From assembly GCA_000165425.1 (NCBI GenBank), contig CT868407.1, forward strand, positions 62,001-126,000: 64,000 nt of DNA, in the 5' to 3' direction. Shown here in pieces: positions 32,604-47,557 of the stretch. Both the position numbers and the translations under genes were made by a program. The notes below the pieces were generated by a model. The model did no database searches and was not told the DNA's origin. It saw only the letters and a program-made list of their open reading frames with translations. Numbering within the stretch: position 1 is the first letter of the stretch; each line of letters starts with the position of its first letter. Origin of the DNA: Paramecium tetraurelia (lineage: Eukaryota).

Positions 32604-33083
32604 AAATATTATTTATCTCATCTATGAATGTATAAATTTAATTTACTTTCATTAATAATAACATTTTAAAAATTCAAATTATTAGAATAATTTTTGGCAC
32701 TTATAGGAATTTTGTTATTAAATTTTATTTTTAATTATTATGATAATTAATTATCTTTTGATTGTAAAATTTTAAAGAAAGATTTTTAATTGTCATATAT
32801 TTTAAATCCTCTATTGTTAGCCATAAAAATAAAAGTTTTGCTCGTCTCAAAGGATATGGGTTCTACTGAATCTTTTTTGGTGTGAAATACCGTCCTGCAT
32901 AAATAATATTACATTTAGAATTGAGAATCTTAAACTTAGGATCTCAAAGTACTACTGAGATATTTGTTTTTCTTTAAAATAATCAATTCGTACATGCGTG
33001 TGTGTGAATAATTTGATCTTTATTTATAATTCTCCAATAGTAATTTAAGTTTTAGAATAATCAATAATACAAATAATCTATAT

Positions 33084-33614
33084 TCAAAACAATCTAAATG
33101 GAGTAGAGCTTGTTTGGCGATTACAAACAACACAGATTTCGACTTAATCCTTGCATTTTTTGGATATCAGAGGAACCCAAAACAAAGGGAGACATAGAAC
33201 GAATAAAATACATGCTAGGATGTATGTATTGGATCCATTTTTGAGTTAAATCTAAGTTGGTTTCCTGGTATTGCAAAACTTACAATAAATCTTGGTTGGT
33301 TATTGAGTTTTGATTGGTTTTTCATATTCATATTTTTCTTCATTGTGATTGATAGTAAAATTTGAAACCATGGGGAATTTATTGTGAAGTGCTAGTGGGA
33401 GATTATTTTTTTCGTTGGTGATTAAATTGGAATTCGCACTGTTATCTACATCCGATTTGGTGCTACTTTATTTGTTTATGCTTAATTTGATAAAATCTTG
33501 CTCCCCATTTTACTCAGGTTTAGCAGTTGGACTATCTGGAATATAGCAAAATGGTTTGAGTGGCGGTTGATGATTTATTTAAGCTTGGCTTTGCTTAAAT
33601 GAATGAGCTGACAT
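33084..33614 (-). CDS. LITAF-like zinc-ribbon domain protein
   Basis: YCKFC ... hydrophobic ILACILFVLCLPLFWVP ... CKD..EICVVC; intronless, 176 aa. Confidence 0.85.
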
Positions 33615-33825
33615 GATAATTTAAATTTTTAGATTATATTATAATAATTAAATATGACATTAATTGAGCTGACAATTTGATTTATGATGCATGATGAATG
33701 TAAATTTAATACGCAAGAGTAAGCATCTTTATAAAGAATTATATTTTTTAAGAAAAAGATTTATTAGATAAGTTAAATAAAATGAAATTTTATTTATATA
33801 TATTGAATTAGATCAGTTTTTTCAG

Positions 33826-36800
33826 TCAATCTGAGAGTTAACAAAGCATAGCTACACCTCTCTTCACCCAATGATGTTGTGATTGTTCAGTTGGCAAATT
33901 GACATTCATGATAAAATTAGTAGAATGCCCAGTAGTAGAGAGGACTCCCCTTCTTTCTGCTGTCTTGTAAACTGGGCAAACGTATTGGTTCTTTGTTTCT
34001 GACTCTCCCTGTATAGGCTTGAGCCATATGATAGGAGCTAGAGTTGTCAGTACCTTCGGATTAGATTCCACAATCATTTCTCGACCATAATCCCATCTGC
34101 ATCCCTCCAAGAAGAGTCCAAATATAAGAGTGCCATCTAAGATATAATCATTAATAAATTACCATTAACTTGTCGAGGTAGTTGATTGACTTCAAAATTA
34201 AGTTACGGCTCTTCAAGAAACTAGAATTCAAAATCTAATTTGTCTATTGCTATTGAGTATTTTCTGGCGTGATTTTATAAGACAGCAGTAAGGAAGGATT
34301 GAGTAAAGAAGAAACCAGAGATCCAATGGACATAGGGAATTTGTTTATCTAGCCAATTCTGGAAATACCTGATTCTTCTTAGGAAATCCTATAAATACGA
34401 AGCAAGTGGCTTCAATGAAGGATAACTATACTTTTTCCATTATTCTGGTACTGCTCCTATTAGAAATGATTGAGTAATTTTTTCCAATTGGTCAGACATA
34501 GCTGTTAATCCCTTGATAGCATTCAGTGTATCAATAAATGATTATTGAATAACTGAGAACAACTTATTGAATCTTGATATTTCTTATTAGAAAACAGTAT
34601 TAAAAGAGTTCTTATAATCATGAGGATACTTAGCATTTGCAATTTCGATATCAAATTTTCTAGGGAAATTGGCAAGGTACTCTTCACATAATTGTTTAAG
34701 GACATTATCTGCTTTTTTAGATTCATCATTTTATTAACCATCGGTGTAAGAGGATCCAAGTGTCTATTACAATTTTCTAAGGATCTCATCTGTGTATTGT
34801 TGATCCTTCATAATTTCAGCATTAGGATGGAATCCAAAAAGATGAGTTGGCTGGACTAGTGGTAGATTATTCAATTGATTCATATATTCTTCATACGATA
34901 ACCCTTCAATAATTGGGAAATCTTGAATTTAGAAGGTGTCAAAGGTGACTTTCTCAGTTAAATATTCATCCAAAAGAGCTCTCACCACTCTCCTATCTCT
35001 TTCATCAGTTACTCTACCTCCGTAATTGCATTCTCCAATTAGGTAATGTAATGCATGGAATGGTATGGAGACATCGGCAGCCATTTATTAAAGTTGTCTA
35101 ATTGATATAAATAGATCGGATTGATTAAAATCATAATAGATATTAAAACCTATAGGTCCATAATTTCTACGTTCTTGCAATATAGCATGGAAAAATGATA
35201 ATGCATAAAATAGTTTTGATAGTTTCTTATTTGAATAATCTAATTGTTAATAAAGAGCACTAGAATAACTGACCTATAGATTCGATTTGATACCAGTTGG
35301 TGGTTCATTTGTCATCTTCACACTGCTCTAAACAATAGATGCGGGTAGATCCTCACTGGGATAACTGGTTAACCAGAGTCTGAAATGATTGTGCATTTTC
35401 TAAGTTTATATATCCTCTATAATCTTTTCTAACTTTGGCATCCATGATGGATATAAATGACAATTTTACAATATCACCCATGTTCCTGATTATTTTGCAT
35501 CTTCAATTTCCTTTTCTGCAATCACTCCTTACCCTTAACCCAATGAAACAGATCTTAGTTAGATATCCTTCTATTTAGCAAAATTAAGTAAAGCGTTCAT
35601 AGGATCAGTACCAGGCAACACAAATAACAATGGGGATTTGGGATTGCTACCTTGAAATGACTGATGGAGTGAAAATGATGGAGGTTAAATATATTTATCT
35701 CCCAATTCAGAAGCCACAAATTCTTGAATCACTCTAGGCAGTTTACCGGGTCTTAAAGCCTTTATTATACACATTCTCTATATAGGAGTGATGATGACAA
35801 ATGGTTCAGGGAATCTAATCTAATGGCCATCTGGAGAGTCTAGTAATTCCATCCAAACTTCAGGGAAATTACGCATACTATCTACAATTTATGATAATTT
35901 CTTGTTCACTTTTATTAAGACTTATACTCTTGCCCATGCTTAGTTTGGTAACCATTCTTTGAAAGGATTTTCTGGTACTTCAGTGGGAATAGTTATTTAT
36001 CTAATAATGAAGGAGAATTCTTCAAAATCTATTTATTTCTTCTATTCAAGAATTTTGATCAAAATAATGAAACTATAAAGCAATTTATCCTTCTCGAATA
36101 ATCCCCTACAAACTTAATTATATATTAAGTTGAGTGTCATATTATTAATGTTGGTTATTCTTTATTGAATACGTTAACTTGATTCACTTTTGATGAATGC
36201 TTCCTAATACAAATTTAATAACCAAGATAAAGAGTATTAATACATAGAATCTAATTAGGCTAGAGATATGACTGCAAAGAAGAGCAAAGCCCCATGAATA
36301 GCAATTGGTTTATATTACACTCTGGCTTCATCAATCTTTCTCTCTGTGTATTCTGATGTCTCTTATTTCTCCTCAATATCTTTTGATTTTTCTTTAGAAG
36401 TCTACAAAATCTAAATAGCTTCCTCATCATTCAAAATATTCTCAGCCTTATTTAAAACTCTAAGAATTTGATCTTCTATTTTTTACAACTCTTATTTATT
36501 TTTGTGTTACTATAAAATCTACCTATTCTTCTCCTCTTCTAAATTTGGTTACTCTTTGCTAACACATATTTCTAGTAATTAATCCTCTAACCCACTTTGA
36601 GTAATGGTGAAATTGATAATTGTAACTTTAGTACTTATTTCTGGAGTGTAATGAGGATTGCTTAATTTGGTAGTCATGAACAGATTGAACTATTTATTAT
36701 AGGGTATAATATTGTCTCCAATACGGACTGACATAACTCCAGCATTTTTGAAGATTTGCTTGAGCAAGACAGAATCAATAGTTGAATCAACATCCTCATA

Positions 36801-39800
36801 TATATTTTCAATTAGTAATGGTTATCCAAATTATAATGTATTTTCCAATGTTCTCAAGAAATCGCTATCAGTGAACTTGACTAATTTTATATCTTTTTCG
36901 TTTTGTCTAATAAATCTATTGCCTTGTCCTTAGGGATCGATTATTAAAGGGAACCTTTGACACCTATTCATTATAATTCCATTTTCAATGCTGAACTAAT
37001 CACTAGGTAAACCATTCATTCTCCATTGTCTAATCAAAATCGGTTACCCAAGAATGTTCTGTAATGAAAAGTTTTCAGAGAATTACATATTACCCTTCAA
37101 GTTATCCATCCACATTTTGATGGTTTTCTATCTGAAACTATTACTAAAGACTCCTAAATATGCAATAGTTCCTGATGATAGTATGATATCTCCCAATACT
37201 TATTTTAATCTCTATTCATAAATGGCAGATGACTTACTCCATCTCTCTCTTTCTCCTCCCAATCCTTCCATCAACTTTGTAGCTCTCTGCAACTTGACTT
37301 CACACTCCTTAATATCTCTATCTAATTGCTATTGATTATTCATAGTTTCCTAATAAGCCAATTCTAACTTATTAATCTCTGCTGTTAAAACAGATAAATC
37401 TTATTATAATATTTTTCAATGACTCTTACAATCTGGCCACTTCCTGTTGTGATTGAAGATACTTTTCTTGTTTAGGTCTAACAATAGTGAGTACCTTTTC
37501 ATATTCATCTAAAGCTAAAACCCATTCGCATAATCCTTTAGCAGCAGAACTCGCCTTTTCAACTCTTTTTGGATTGAATTCGTCCTTCTTGGAGACATAA
37601 TTATGTCTGACTTTCTACATAATTTCAGGTTTAATATTATTTTTATCATAGCCAATCAGCTTTTTATAGGAAATCCTTATCTGCTAAAAACTTCTTACTC
37701 GCCTCCCAATAATCCATAAATCTTTCTTTTGGATTCTCAGGTTTAGGCATACTAATAGGAGGAACTCCACACAAGACACAAACAGATTCCATCACCAACT
37801 TAACAGTGATGGGTGGTTTCAACATAGCCTTAATTGAATTAATATCAGCAGGAGATAGGGTATTTAAAGCTTCTTCAGCTTATTTTAATTTAGGCTTTGC
37901 CACAGATAATTCCTTCTCGCATTCTTAATTGATTATTTCAGCCTCCTTAACACATTCTGAAACTCGAGCCTCCTCTTATTGTACTTACAATCTCTTAGGT
38001 TCCATAGCATCTGCTTATTATTTGATAATAACTGCCAACTTACTGGCTTCAATATTCATTTCAACTAATTTAGGTTATTTTTCAATCAATTCTGCCTCCA
38101 TTCTCTTAACTTCCTCTGAAGTTTGATCAAGTTTTGTGACTCCATTCTTATACATATTTCTAGTATCTTCCAACTTAGTCTTCTCTACATGCAAAACAGC
38201 TTAAAATGTCTTCAATAACTCAAAGTAACTACTAGGAGTAACATAATTGTGTCTTCCTTCTTGAGATTTGAATTACTCACTAATAGTCTGTAATGAGGAA
38301 TGCATATATTTGCACTAGGCAACCAATAATCTTTATTGACTATCCTTGATTTGTATATCCTCTAAGAACTTTCTAGCCACAGCCTCTAAAGCATCTTCAG
38401 GCCATTAATGGAAACAATCGATTGTTGCACAATTTACGATGCTTGGAAACATACGTATTCTTGATCTTAAAGTATCCCCTATGGGACTCATTGCCAAAAC
38501 GACGTGGAGTTTCTTCTTCACACATTCAATGAAATAATCATAGAATTGCGCATTATTCCCATTATCAAACAACTACTATTTGCCTTCCTTCTTTGCTTTC
38601 AATCTCAATTTATCTATTTATGGAATGAAATCTTCCTATCCAAAGAGATTAGGAATATCACCTGTATTTAGTAGATTGTTAACATCCTCTAAAATAAATG
38701 GTTTCTTGATTTATGAATCTGAAATACAAAGAGTTATCTCCTTATTGTCTGCCCCAGCATTTATCATTAATTTCTACATTGTTTCTTTCCATTGTTCATA
38801 AGTATATCCTTTGCCTACCTCAATTTGTAAGAATTCCTATTCTCTAATAAAACATGCCAATCTAGTGAGACTCTATCTTCCAGAGCCTCCCAAACCAATC
38901 AATAACAAATGACCTTAAGTCATATTTAAGACTCTTTGGATTCTTAAGAGATGCTCAACACAATAATCAAATAATGCCAAATTCAATGGCTTTTTTGTAT
39001 TGGAATTAAGATCTTCCAAATAGAATTGCAATTTTGAATACACTCTAGTTGATGACATCACTTCTGTGTATTTCCTTTCTGAAACATTGGGTTCTTCTGA
39101 AAGAATGTCTGACCAAACATAACTCTTTATATTGTATTTAGTAGTCGCAACATCATCATATGGTTTAATCATGTGTTTTAGATCATCTCTTAATTTTAGT
39201 TTAATTGAGTTTGCCAACATTAATGAATATTGTTCATGATCAACCTATTCCAATCTATCAAAAAAGGTTCTTGTGGTTTCATGAAGCCATAATCTCTGAA
39301 CTTTCTTATGATCAAGTGACAACTCTTTGGCATTCATCACTAAAGTCATCCCTTGAACTACTCGACTGATGTCTCTCATATTAAGGATATACCATGACTT
39401 TTTTGGAGTTGCCTTTAATTAATCTCGAATCTAATTATATAAATCAATTGTAGCTTCGATTGCATATTGGAAACTCTTCCTAATGTCATTATCTGTGTTT
39501 TCGATTTTGATGTTATTCAAATGCCAAGAGATGATGGAAGTGAAGATGTGTACAATATTGTTGGTGTCAGGAGTGACAATGGACACAATCTAAAAGAATC
39601 TCAACAATCTTTGAGAAACAAAGCTTCTTCCACCTCCTGGTAATCCCATAGATGCAATAACGTTGCAATCCAATATATGCATGAATTGTCTATCATTTCC
39701 ATACCATCCTTTGGTACCTAAGAATTGTCGTATCAATTCCAGAGGAGCTTGCGTGCCATACTTGTCAGGAGCAGGCATATTCATGTCATCGATATAAATT

Positions 39801-42800
39801 AATCCGATGAAACCCAATGGGGGTCCATAGAAACCTTTCCTTTTCCTTTCTACCTTAGAATCAATAATCATTTGAGTTTTGTTTGCACTTGTGGTAGCTG
39901 AGAAATTGACAAAAATATTTAAGTAGTTTTGCAATGTTGAGATATGTTTTCGGATGTAACAGGTTTTACCAACTCCACTTGGGCCGATTATCAGTAATGG
40001 AGAGTGACGATTTATGCATTTGTCAATAATGGATGTAATTCTGAGGGATTCAGAGGTCTCAACAAGGATCTCTTAATAGGCTATGTTTTCTGGAATTTAA
40101 GAATCTTTAAGAAGTTCCTTCCACATTCTCCATTTGAGTAACTCAGGATCATAGAAGAAATCATAGATATTTGTATTAGATAATTCTGGGATTTAGGATT
40201 ACTTGTCTATTTTGATGACAACATCTTTTTTATTCTCATTTCTGAGAGGTTCCTTAATTAGTTTTTTGAGATATTAATCAAAATGTTTTCTACCTATCTC
40301 ATCGACGGAACTGCCAACTGTCCATACAACTGAGTATATGAAGAATGCATCAATCAGAATGCTAGGATCTGTTTACTTTCTTAAAACTTCAGGATAAGTC
40401 TAAATCAATTGAATGAGCATAGATAAGGTATGAATGCAAAACGAGTTCTCTGGTACTGATTCATATTCATGGCACTTTTATTTAATGAATTTTTGAGCCT
40501 TGTCAACTATGGTTTCAAAGAGATCTGAAATTCTCATAAGAATACTTTAATCTATATTTTAAATTTCTTGTAATTTGTTCAAAAATACATTAAACCATCC
40601 CAATTGGTCAGGCTATAAATATACCATACCACACCTACTCACAGTTGCAGGAGAAGCCTATGTTAAATCTTGAACTTCAAAGATAATTGTCATTCGATCA
40701 GTCATTGCAATGGTCTCTCCACTCATTAAACACAATTTCTTATTATCGTCTAAGACTGTATTCATATTTTCAATCCATGCAGCATCTACAGGGCCATCAA
40801 AAACCAAAAATTGTCTATCCTAAGAAGTGGATGTAGCACATTTACGATATATCTCACCCAATACTCCTTCCGTCCATTCCTTACTGACAGGATCAGAGTA
40901 TCCGTATAATTAGTTCAAAGTTATAGACTTCGGATTTAACACATGATATTGAACACATCTCTCATCCTATAACCCATTTTTATGACAATGGGTTAAAGTA
41001 GACGCTAATACTTAATAACAAGAGGTTTTGCCACTCATAGTCTATCCAACCAACATAAGTCCATGTCTACAATTGATCATCTCATATAATTGTAACACTT
41101 TTCTTTTGAAGTTAGGTACAATCTACATGTTCTAAGATTACAAGACCGAATGCATAGCATCTTACAGATTCTTATATTCAACTGGTTGCACTTTGACATC
41201 TGGAAAGAGATCACTCATAATACCATTGAATGAACATCACATCATTAGTTAAGAACTTTGGTAAATTGATATCACCTATGGCTCTGTAAATAAGAATGTC
41301 CTCTCTTTCAGTAGATTTACGTTTGAGTAATTATGCAGCTGTCAAAACTGCTTTGACTGCTCTCATACCATAATCATAGTGATCTTGACTTGACAGTTAT
41401 TCCGAACATAATTTATATACAGCAACGATCTTTTTAGCCAATGCTCTTGCCTCAACAAATCCAAATGAATATAGAGATATTTCTGCAATGAGAGCATAGT
41501 CTGGTACCATCATAGCACATGGTCTAAAGAGTGCTTTTAAATTATCTGGTAATTCTGATCTACCTGCATATCCAGGATTCATTGTAATAAAGATGTTGCA
41601 TGATTATTGAATATGTATTTCTGTGCCTTCAAATTAAAATGATTCAATCGACATTGATTTAGCTTACTGAATTTATAAGATTTATTATGCAATGACAGAC
41701 AAGACCTCCAATTCAATTCTATTAAATTCATCAAAACATGACCAAGCACCAGCACTTGCTAGTCCTTTAAAGAACTTGGCCATTGCATGAGTGTTCAATC
41801 CCTCACCACAATTAAATACTATACATTATACTGCTACTGCTTTGGCTAAGTCCTTTGTGGATTCTGTCTTACCAGTACCAGCTGGTCCTTCTGGTGCTCC
41901 TCCCAAATTTAATTGTAATGCACCAACTAAAGTTCTATAACATCGATCCGTTAATGGAGTAATAACCAATCTGCTTCCTATTCCTAAATACTCATTTCCA
42001 TAAGGAATAGATGTTTAGACCATCTTGACTGAAACACTTGTGTCTTCCTACATGTAATATCTCAATTATGAGGTCCATTCAAATATATTTGTGTCTTTCA
42101 TTTCCAATTTTATAAGATCTTACAAGATATCATTATTATGCACCTCCAACACTATAAGAGCTGACAACAACTATCTTTCATTTTATTGTTAAGATTCCCT
42201 AACCTAAGACACAATCTCATTCAAATGATTAACTCTGTCATTTCCAAATTTATTCAGAGTCTTCCCTGATCTTATTAGGCTCTCGATTTAATTGGTAAAG
42301 TTAATACAAGCACAAGTCAATACACATTAACCAGGCCATCTACGAATCCATTTGATTAACACTGGTAATTCTTGTAATTCTCCATAGCATTAACGTATTA
42401 AGTGTGAAATGCTGTTCCTCATCTCTTCTTCCACCTTCAGTAACCATTTCTCAACACAATTCTTAAACTCTTTAGGTGATACCCTGTTATCAAAGTTGAC
42501 TTCCTCCTTCTCTACGCTTTTCATTCCCAATATATCAGTATTGGAATTGAAGATTAATTCCTCGATTCCCTCAAAACATTTTCTCATGTGAGGTTACACT
42601 AATAAGGGGTCTCTTGTCTCTGCCAAAATATTAATTAAATCATCATTCGATAAAAAAAAGAAACGAGGAAATTCTAATCGCTTAATCTCCAAATGATTCT
42701 CCAACCCTTTTTGTATTTCCTCTATCAATCTCAATGAAGTCTATAAGATATCCATTAAATTTGGAATCTTGTCTAAATTCAAGGCTAATGGTTCCATTTC

Positions 42801-45800
42801 AACAGCCTTTGTGATTAAATTCCAATTGCTACTTACTTTTTTGAATTTCTCACTCTCATCATACAATGTTTTTATGATATCTTCAAAACTGAAAATTGGT
42901 TCCAAATATAAGTACATCCCTTAAACTTTAATCCACAATTCTAAGATTTACTATATAAATATCATAGACTTTTCCCACTTTATAGCATCTTCCTCCATAA
43001 ACTTGATTAAGGGATTAGCTCTGATTGTTTGTGATTTAATCACATGATCGTCCAATAAGGTTTGAATTTCCTCCACAGATTGTCCTTACAAAATGAGAAC
43101 TCCTCTTCCTTTGTAATTTAAAACTACCAATTTAATGCTATCCCATTCTTTCTTCATTTTTGTTAATGCATTCTCTAGAGTGAATTCCTTACTTGCATTT
43201 TCTGATATTTCTTCCATATCATTAATAAACTACTCGACATTCAAATTATTCAATTCTCTTAAAGACACTTCTTTATAATTAAAAGATGTGGCTAATATAG
43301 TCTGCACTGATTTCCAATGTCGTTCGCGTAATCCTGGATTTGATAGAATCTCCAAAGTCTTGCTGTTTTAACTCATGAGTTCAACATCTTATTTGAATTC
43401 TCCCAAAACTCTATATGGAATACTATTTTGCTTGAACAAGTTGTTTAGCTTAACGATTCCCTTTTTCTGATTCTTCAAAATAGTCTCTACATCACCATAA
43501 TCAACATCCATTATTGGCCCATTCATCCAATTCTTCCTATTCTCCATATACACACCTATAGATTTCCACAATTCTGAATACGGCTATATTTCAGTTTACA
43601 ATTTCACAAAATTTTCAAATTAAGATGGATATCCAAATAAGGTCAACTCTTTTTATATTATCTCCTACATTTCTGCATTGGCTTCTGCTAACTTCTACTC
43701 AAACTCTTCAATATCCCTAACATATCCTTTGTATTTCGATCTTTCAGTGAATGTTTCAAGATTATCAATTTCCTTACAATACTTAGCTACTCTCTCCTCA
43801 AATTGAGATCTCTACTTTTTGAGTTCCTCCTCTAACCTTCCTCTCTCAATCTGATGCTTCTCTTCTTGTTCAATCAATTCCTTGTCAAGTTGAGATGGTC
43901 TATGATACAATTCCTCCGATAACAACAATAATTGTTCACTAATCACATAATCTTGCTTCAATAAAAACATAACCTTAATAAAGATATCTGTTGTATTGGT
44001 TTTTATCTTTACTCTCTCCTACCCAACATCTGTAATGTACTTGTCCATGGCCTCCACATCTTCTGGTGTTTTAAGTGATCTTCTGATATATGTACTAATC
44101 TGTAAGTATCTATCAGATATAACTTTAGCCTAATCTATTAAGACTGATTCAAAATTGATAAACAATCTATCCTTGTATTCTTTGATCATCTATTTTACGC
44201 TCGATAAGACAAGCTCGCAATTGACTTAAAACAGAGGGAATTGTATAGTTTATGGGAGTTTATCTACCAAAGTTTTGTATTTATTGAGAATCTCCATGTA
44301 CATTTTGAATTCTTCATTTGTGATTGCCTTCTTTAAAGATTTGATTTCTTTTTCATGGACCTTATTAAAGAATTAAGTGAATTGTTAAAAGTATTCAATG
44401 ACTTAATGAGTTCTTTTGTAATGCTCACTAACATGTTTTAAAATCCTGGCCTCCTAAGCTAAATAACATCCTTCCTCTATTGATGCAACTGTCATATACT
44501 TCTTCTCCTAATAAATTTCTCTCTATTCTTCCGATGCCAACAGAAGTTCAGGATGCTCTTTTTATTACTTCTCTTCCACTTTCACCTATGGCCAAAAAGA
44601 CTTGAAGAACTTCTAAAAGTCCTCCTTTGTCATTCCTCCCATATCTTGATCAAAATTAAATTGAAAATTTCTTAAAGGGACTGGTTGGATCGTCTCTTTG
44701 GGATTGTAAGTGACTTTGGCGAATTTTGGATGCAAGAATTTATCAAATGATATAATGATACTTCTGAAGGCATCCACAAATTCATTCTTGACTGACTCTT
44801 CATTTTCCTTTAACTTAACAAAGTCATTTTCAATAATCAATTCCAATCGAATGAATGGATCATAAGGCTACTAAAGCAAACCCCATTTTGGAGGTATAAA
44901 TTCCTTGTCTTTTAGATTTTAGCAAGCCTGTATCAAACTAACAAAATTTGTATCTCTAATCTCAATATCAAATTATTTAGGAATATTGATATTAAGAATG
45001 TGTTACTCAAAGTGCTGTAGGGATCTATCAATGAAACTTCTCAACTACAATTATAACAGCACAGTGGCATTCTACGTGATTGCTTTCCTCTATTCCTTTT
45101 CTAACTTTTTATATGGCTTCTCTTCTTGTTATTACCTGACTTCCTCCAATTAGAATTGCGACAGCTTATCTGATTCGATGGGATTGGGGTTTTGCAGCAT
45201 CACATGGTATTCTGTAAAGGCATTGAGTGCTTGACAGGAATCTTTAAAGCGATCGAAATTATAAGGCTGAGTTGTTTTAGATGCATAGAATTGTAATGCC
45301 TCCTTTATAGAGATGTAACAAGGATTTTCCTCCCCCTTATAAATTACATTGTCCTCATCGATAAAATCTTCTTCTGGGATGATTTCAAGAATGGTTTGTC
45401 TTAATTACTATTATTTAAACTTTGGGCCTGTAATAGTCCATTGACTTTTGTATTGCTTCTACCTTAAGAATTTCTACAGCTTAATAATAAGCATGACCCC
45501 CCTGAACCAGACATGCTCTAAGAGACAAAGCACATTCAATTTGTATATTGTTTAAACTCTTTGGAATTCCTAAAATGTAAAAGTATAACCTAGTCTGGCA
45601 ACCTATTTCATTTTGTTCAAATCGCATAATTTAAATGAGCTGAAATCTTAAATCCAATCTGATAATCCTTAATTGATCGTAGATATGAGAGTGAGATTGG
45701 ACTTGCAGAAATCCTTACCTCTCGATACAAAATCATGCCAATCTGGGAATAACTTCATATTGTATCCTCCTTCTCTCGCCACTCTTTGTGCTGAATGAAT

Positions 45801-47541
45801 GAAAGTTCTTGGGAGTAACGTGATGTGCAATCTCTTCCTTTCTTCTGGAGACCTAAGTATGTAATCGAGCATTGCTTTCTTCATGTACTCTCTAAACAAT
45901 TCCAAAATCTCTTTTACAACAAATCTGGAGCATTCTTCATTACGCAACAATTCTGGTTTAATCAAATTGAACGCATTTAAAATCCATTCTCTTTTGAATT
46001 TAGGAACTTCATCATTTCTTATGTAATCTCCAGATATATAGTTTCGATATCTTTCTTCTGAGATAAGTACTTCCTTGAGAATGTTTTCTGGCCAGAACTC
46101 TCTATCAATATGAATATAATAATCTTTGCATAGAAGTGAAGGATCATAATTGCCATTCATCTCAGCCAGCATTTCATTGAATTTTTTAAGAGATAATTCC
46201 ATCTAATCAATATTTTCATCGTTGTCATCAAAATATTCTGGATACAAGCAAAGGGATACTGGTTCTCTAGTTAAAGCATCACTAGCTCCTGAGTTAATAC
46301 CAGTTTTATCTCTTCCTTACTTTGGAAACAACTCATTAACAATAGCCAATTAGATGGGTACTTCTCCATCTGTTTTTTCAGCTGAACTCATTGTTTTTTA
46401 TAAATCGATTATCTTGAGTAAATGTTCCTTTTTCAACTTTGCTGAAAATTGCATATAGACTCCAATCCTTTAGATTGGTGAATAATAACCCAGATCTCCG
46501 AATCTAGCAAAAGTAGCTGCCACAGTTCTTTCATTTCTATCGAAAAGTTCTTCATATGGTAAATCAAGAGCACTGAGATTAGTAAATTTGGTATAGATTT
46601 TGAAAAAGGACTGTGGTGCAGATGTTTTAGAAGATAGAGGTCGTTGGAGACTCCAATTGCTTTGAGGTCTTAGAACTTATTAGTCTATCATTTCGTTAAA
46701 TTGTTTTTTATGTTTTTGAGTAGTAGGTTTTTAAAATACATCTAGAGTAGCACTTTAGATTCGATCTTATTTAACTCTTTTGCTTTCTTAATTGTCAAAT
46801 GCCTGAGATTGAGGTCTCTAAATAGACGTCATGGGTCTTTTAGAAACAGGTGGTCTGGTTAACGTTTATTGAGCAGATTAGAGTCTTTATTGTTGTTCTT
46901 AAATAATAGTGAAGTCCATCTTGCCTATGGATGTCACAGTTTGAGGACGAACCTGTTGGGTATTATTTTGTCTAGAAAGATCTATTGATTGTTGTTTGGA
47001 TGGTTCATTTGAGATCATTTTGCCACCGAGAGATGACAGAAATTCGTAAGGTTTTAAAGTACCACTAATAGTTTCACAATCCTACTAGTATTCTGTTTCT
47101 TCTTTCTTGACAGCTGATGAAACTCTTTTCAAACCGATAGTTGTGTTTTTGCTTGCTTCCCATAAACGGGCATTCACATCTATTGTGGATGAATATGGCT
47201 GTGCTATTCTGTAATTGATGTACTTATTCATCATCACTGCAGGCGTCTAAATGAATTTCAAATTTATTTTACTTCTATTGTACTCTGTGGTCTTTGATGC
47301 ACAATGGTCTGTGCTTCACTATGCATTGGTTATAGAGTCGATGTTTTGGCCCTGTTATCAGCCTCTTCGATAGAACGTTGTGATGCACTTTTACATTCAT
47401 ATAACTGCAGTACTTCTTCATGTTGGGCAAATGAAATTTCTGCCCACTCTAATTGTATAAAGTGTACCCATTCGGCATAGCAACTCGTTTGACAGCAGAC
47501 GAAGCTCTATTTCCACTTGATTAAGCTCTCCGAGGATTCAT
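33826..47541 (-). CDS. Axonemal dynein heavy chain, inner-arm single-headed type (DNAH3/7/12-like); three +1 frame breaks in this sequence
   Basis: AAA1 [34 protein letters not shown]2 GQTMSGKT; AAA3 [11 protein letters not shown]4 GLGGSGRQS; stalk/MTBD; C-terminal [22 protein letters not shown]...[11 protein letters not shown]; introns near both ends. Confidence 0.93.
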
Positions 47542-47557
47542 TAATTAATTATAATAT

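Noticed and set aside
33098..33607. Plus-strand hydrophobic ORF starting ATG GAG TAG AGC
   Set aside because: Interrupted by TGA in every frame tried; the minus strand gives a clean intronless LITAF gene.
37405..37670. Euplotes-style AAA-TAR programmed +1 frameshifting
   Set aside because: TAA/TAG are sense codons here, and the sites are not AAA-stop in the upstream frame.
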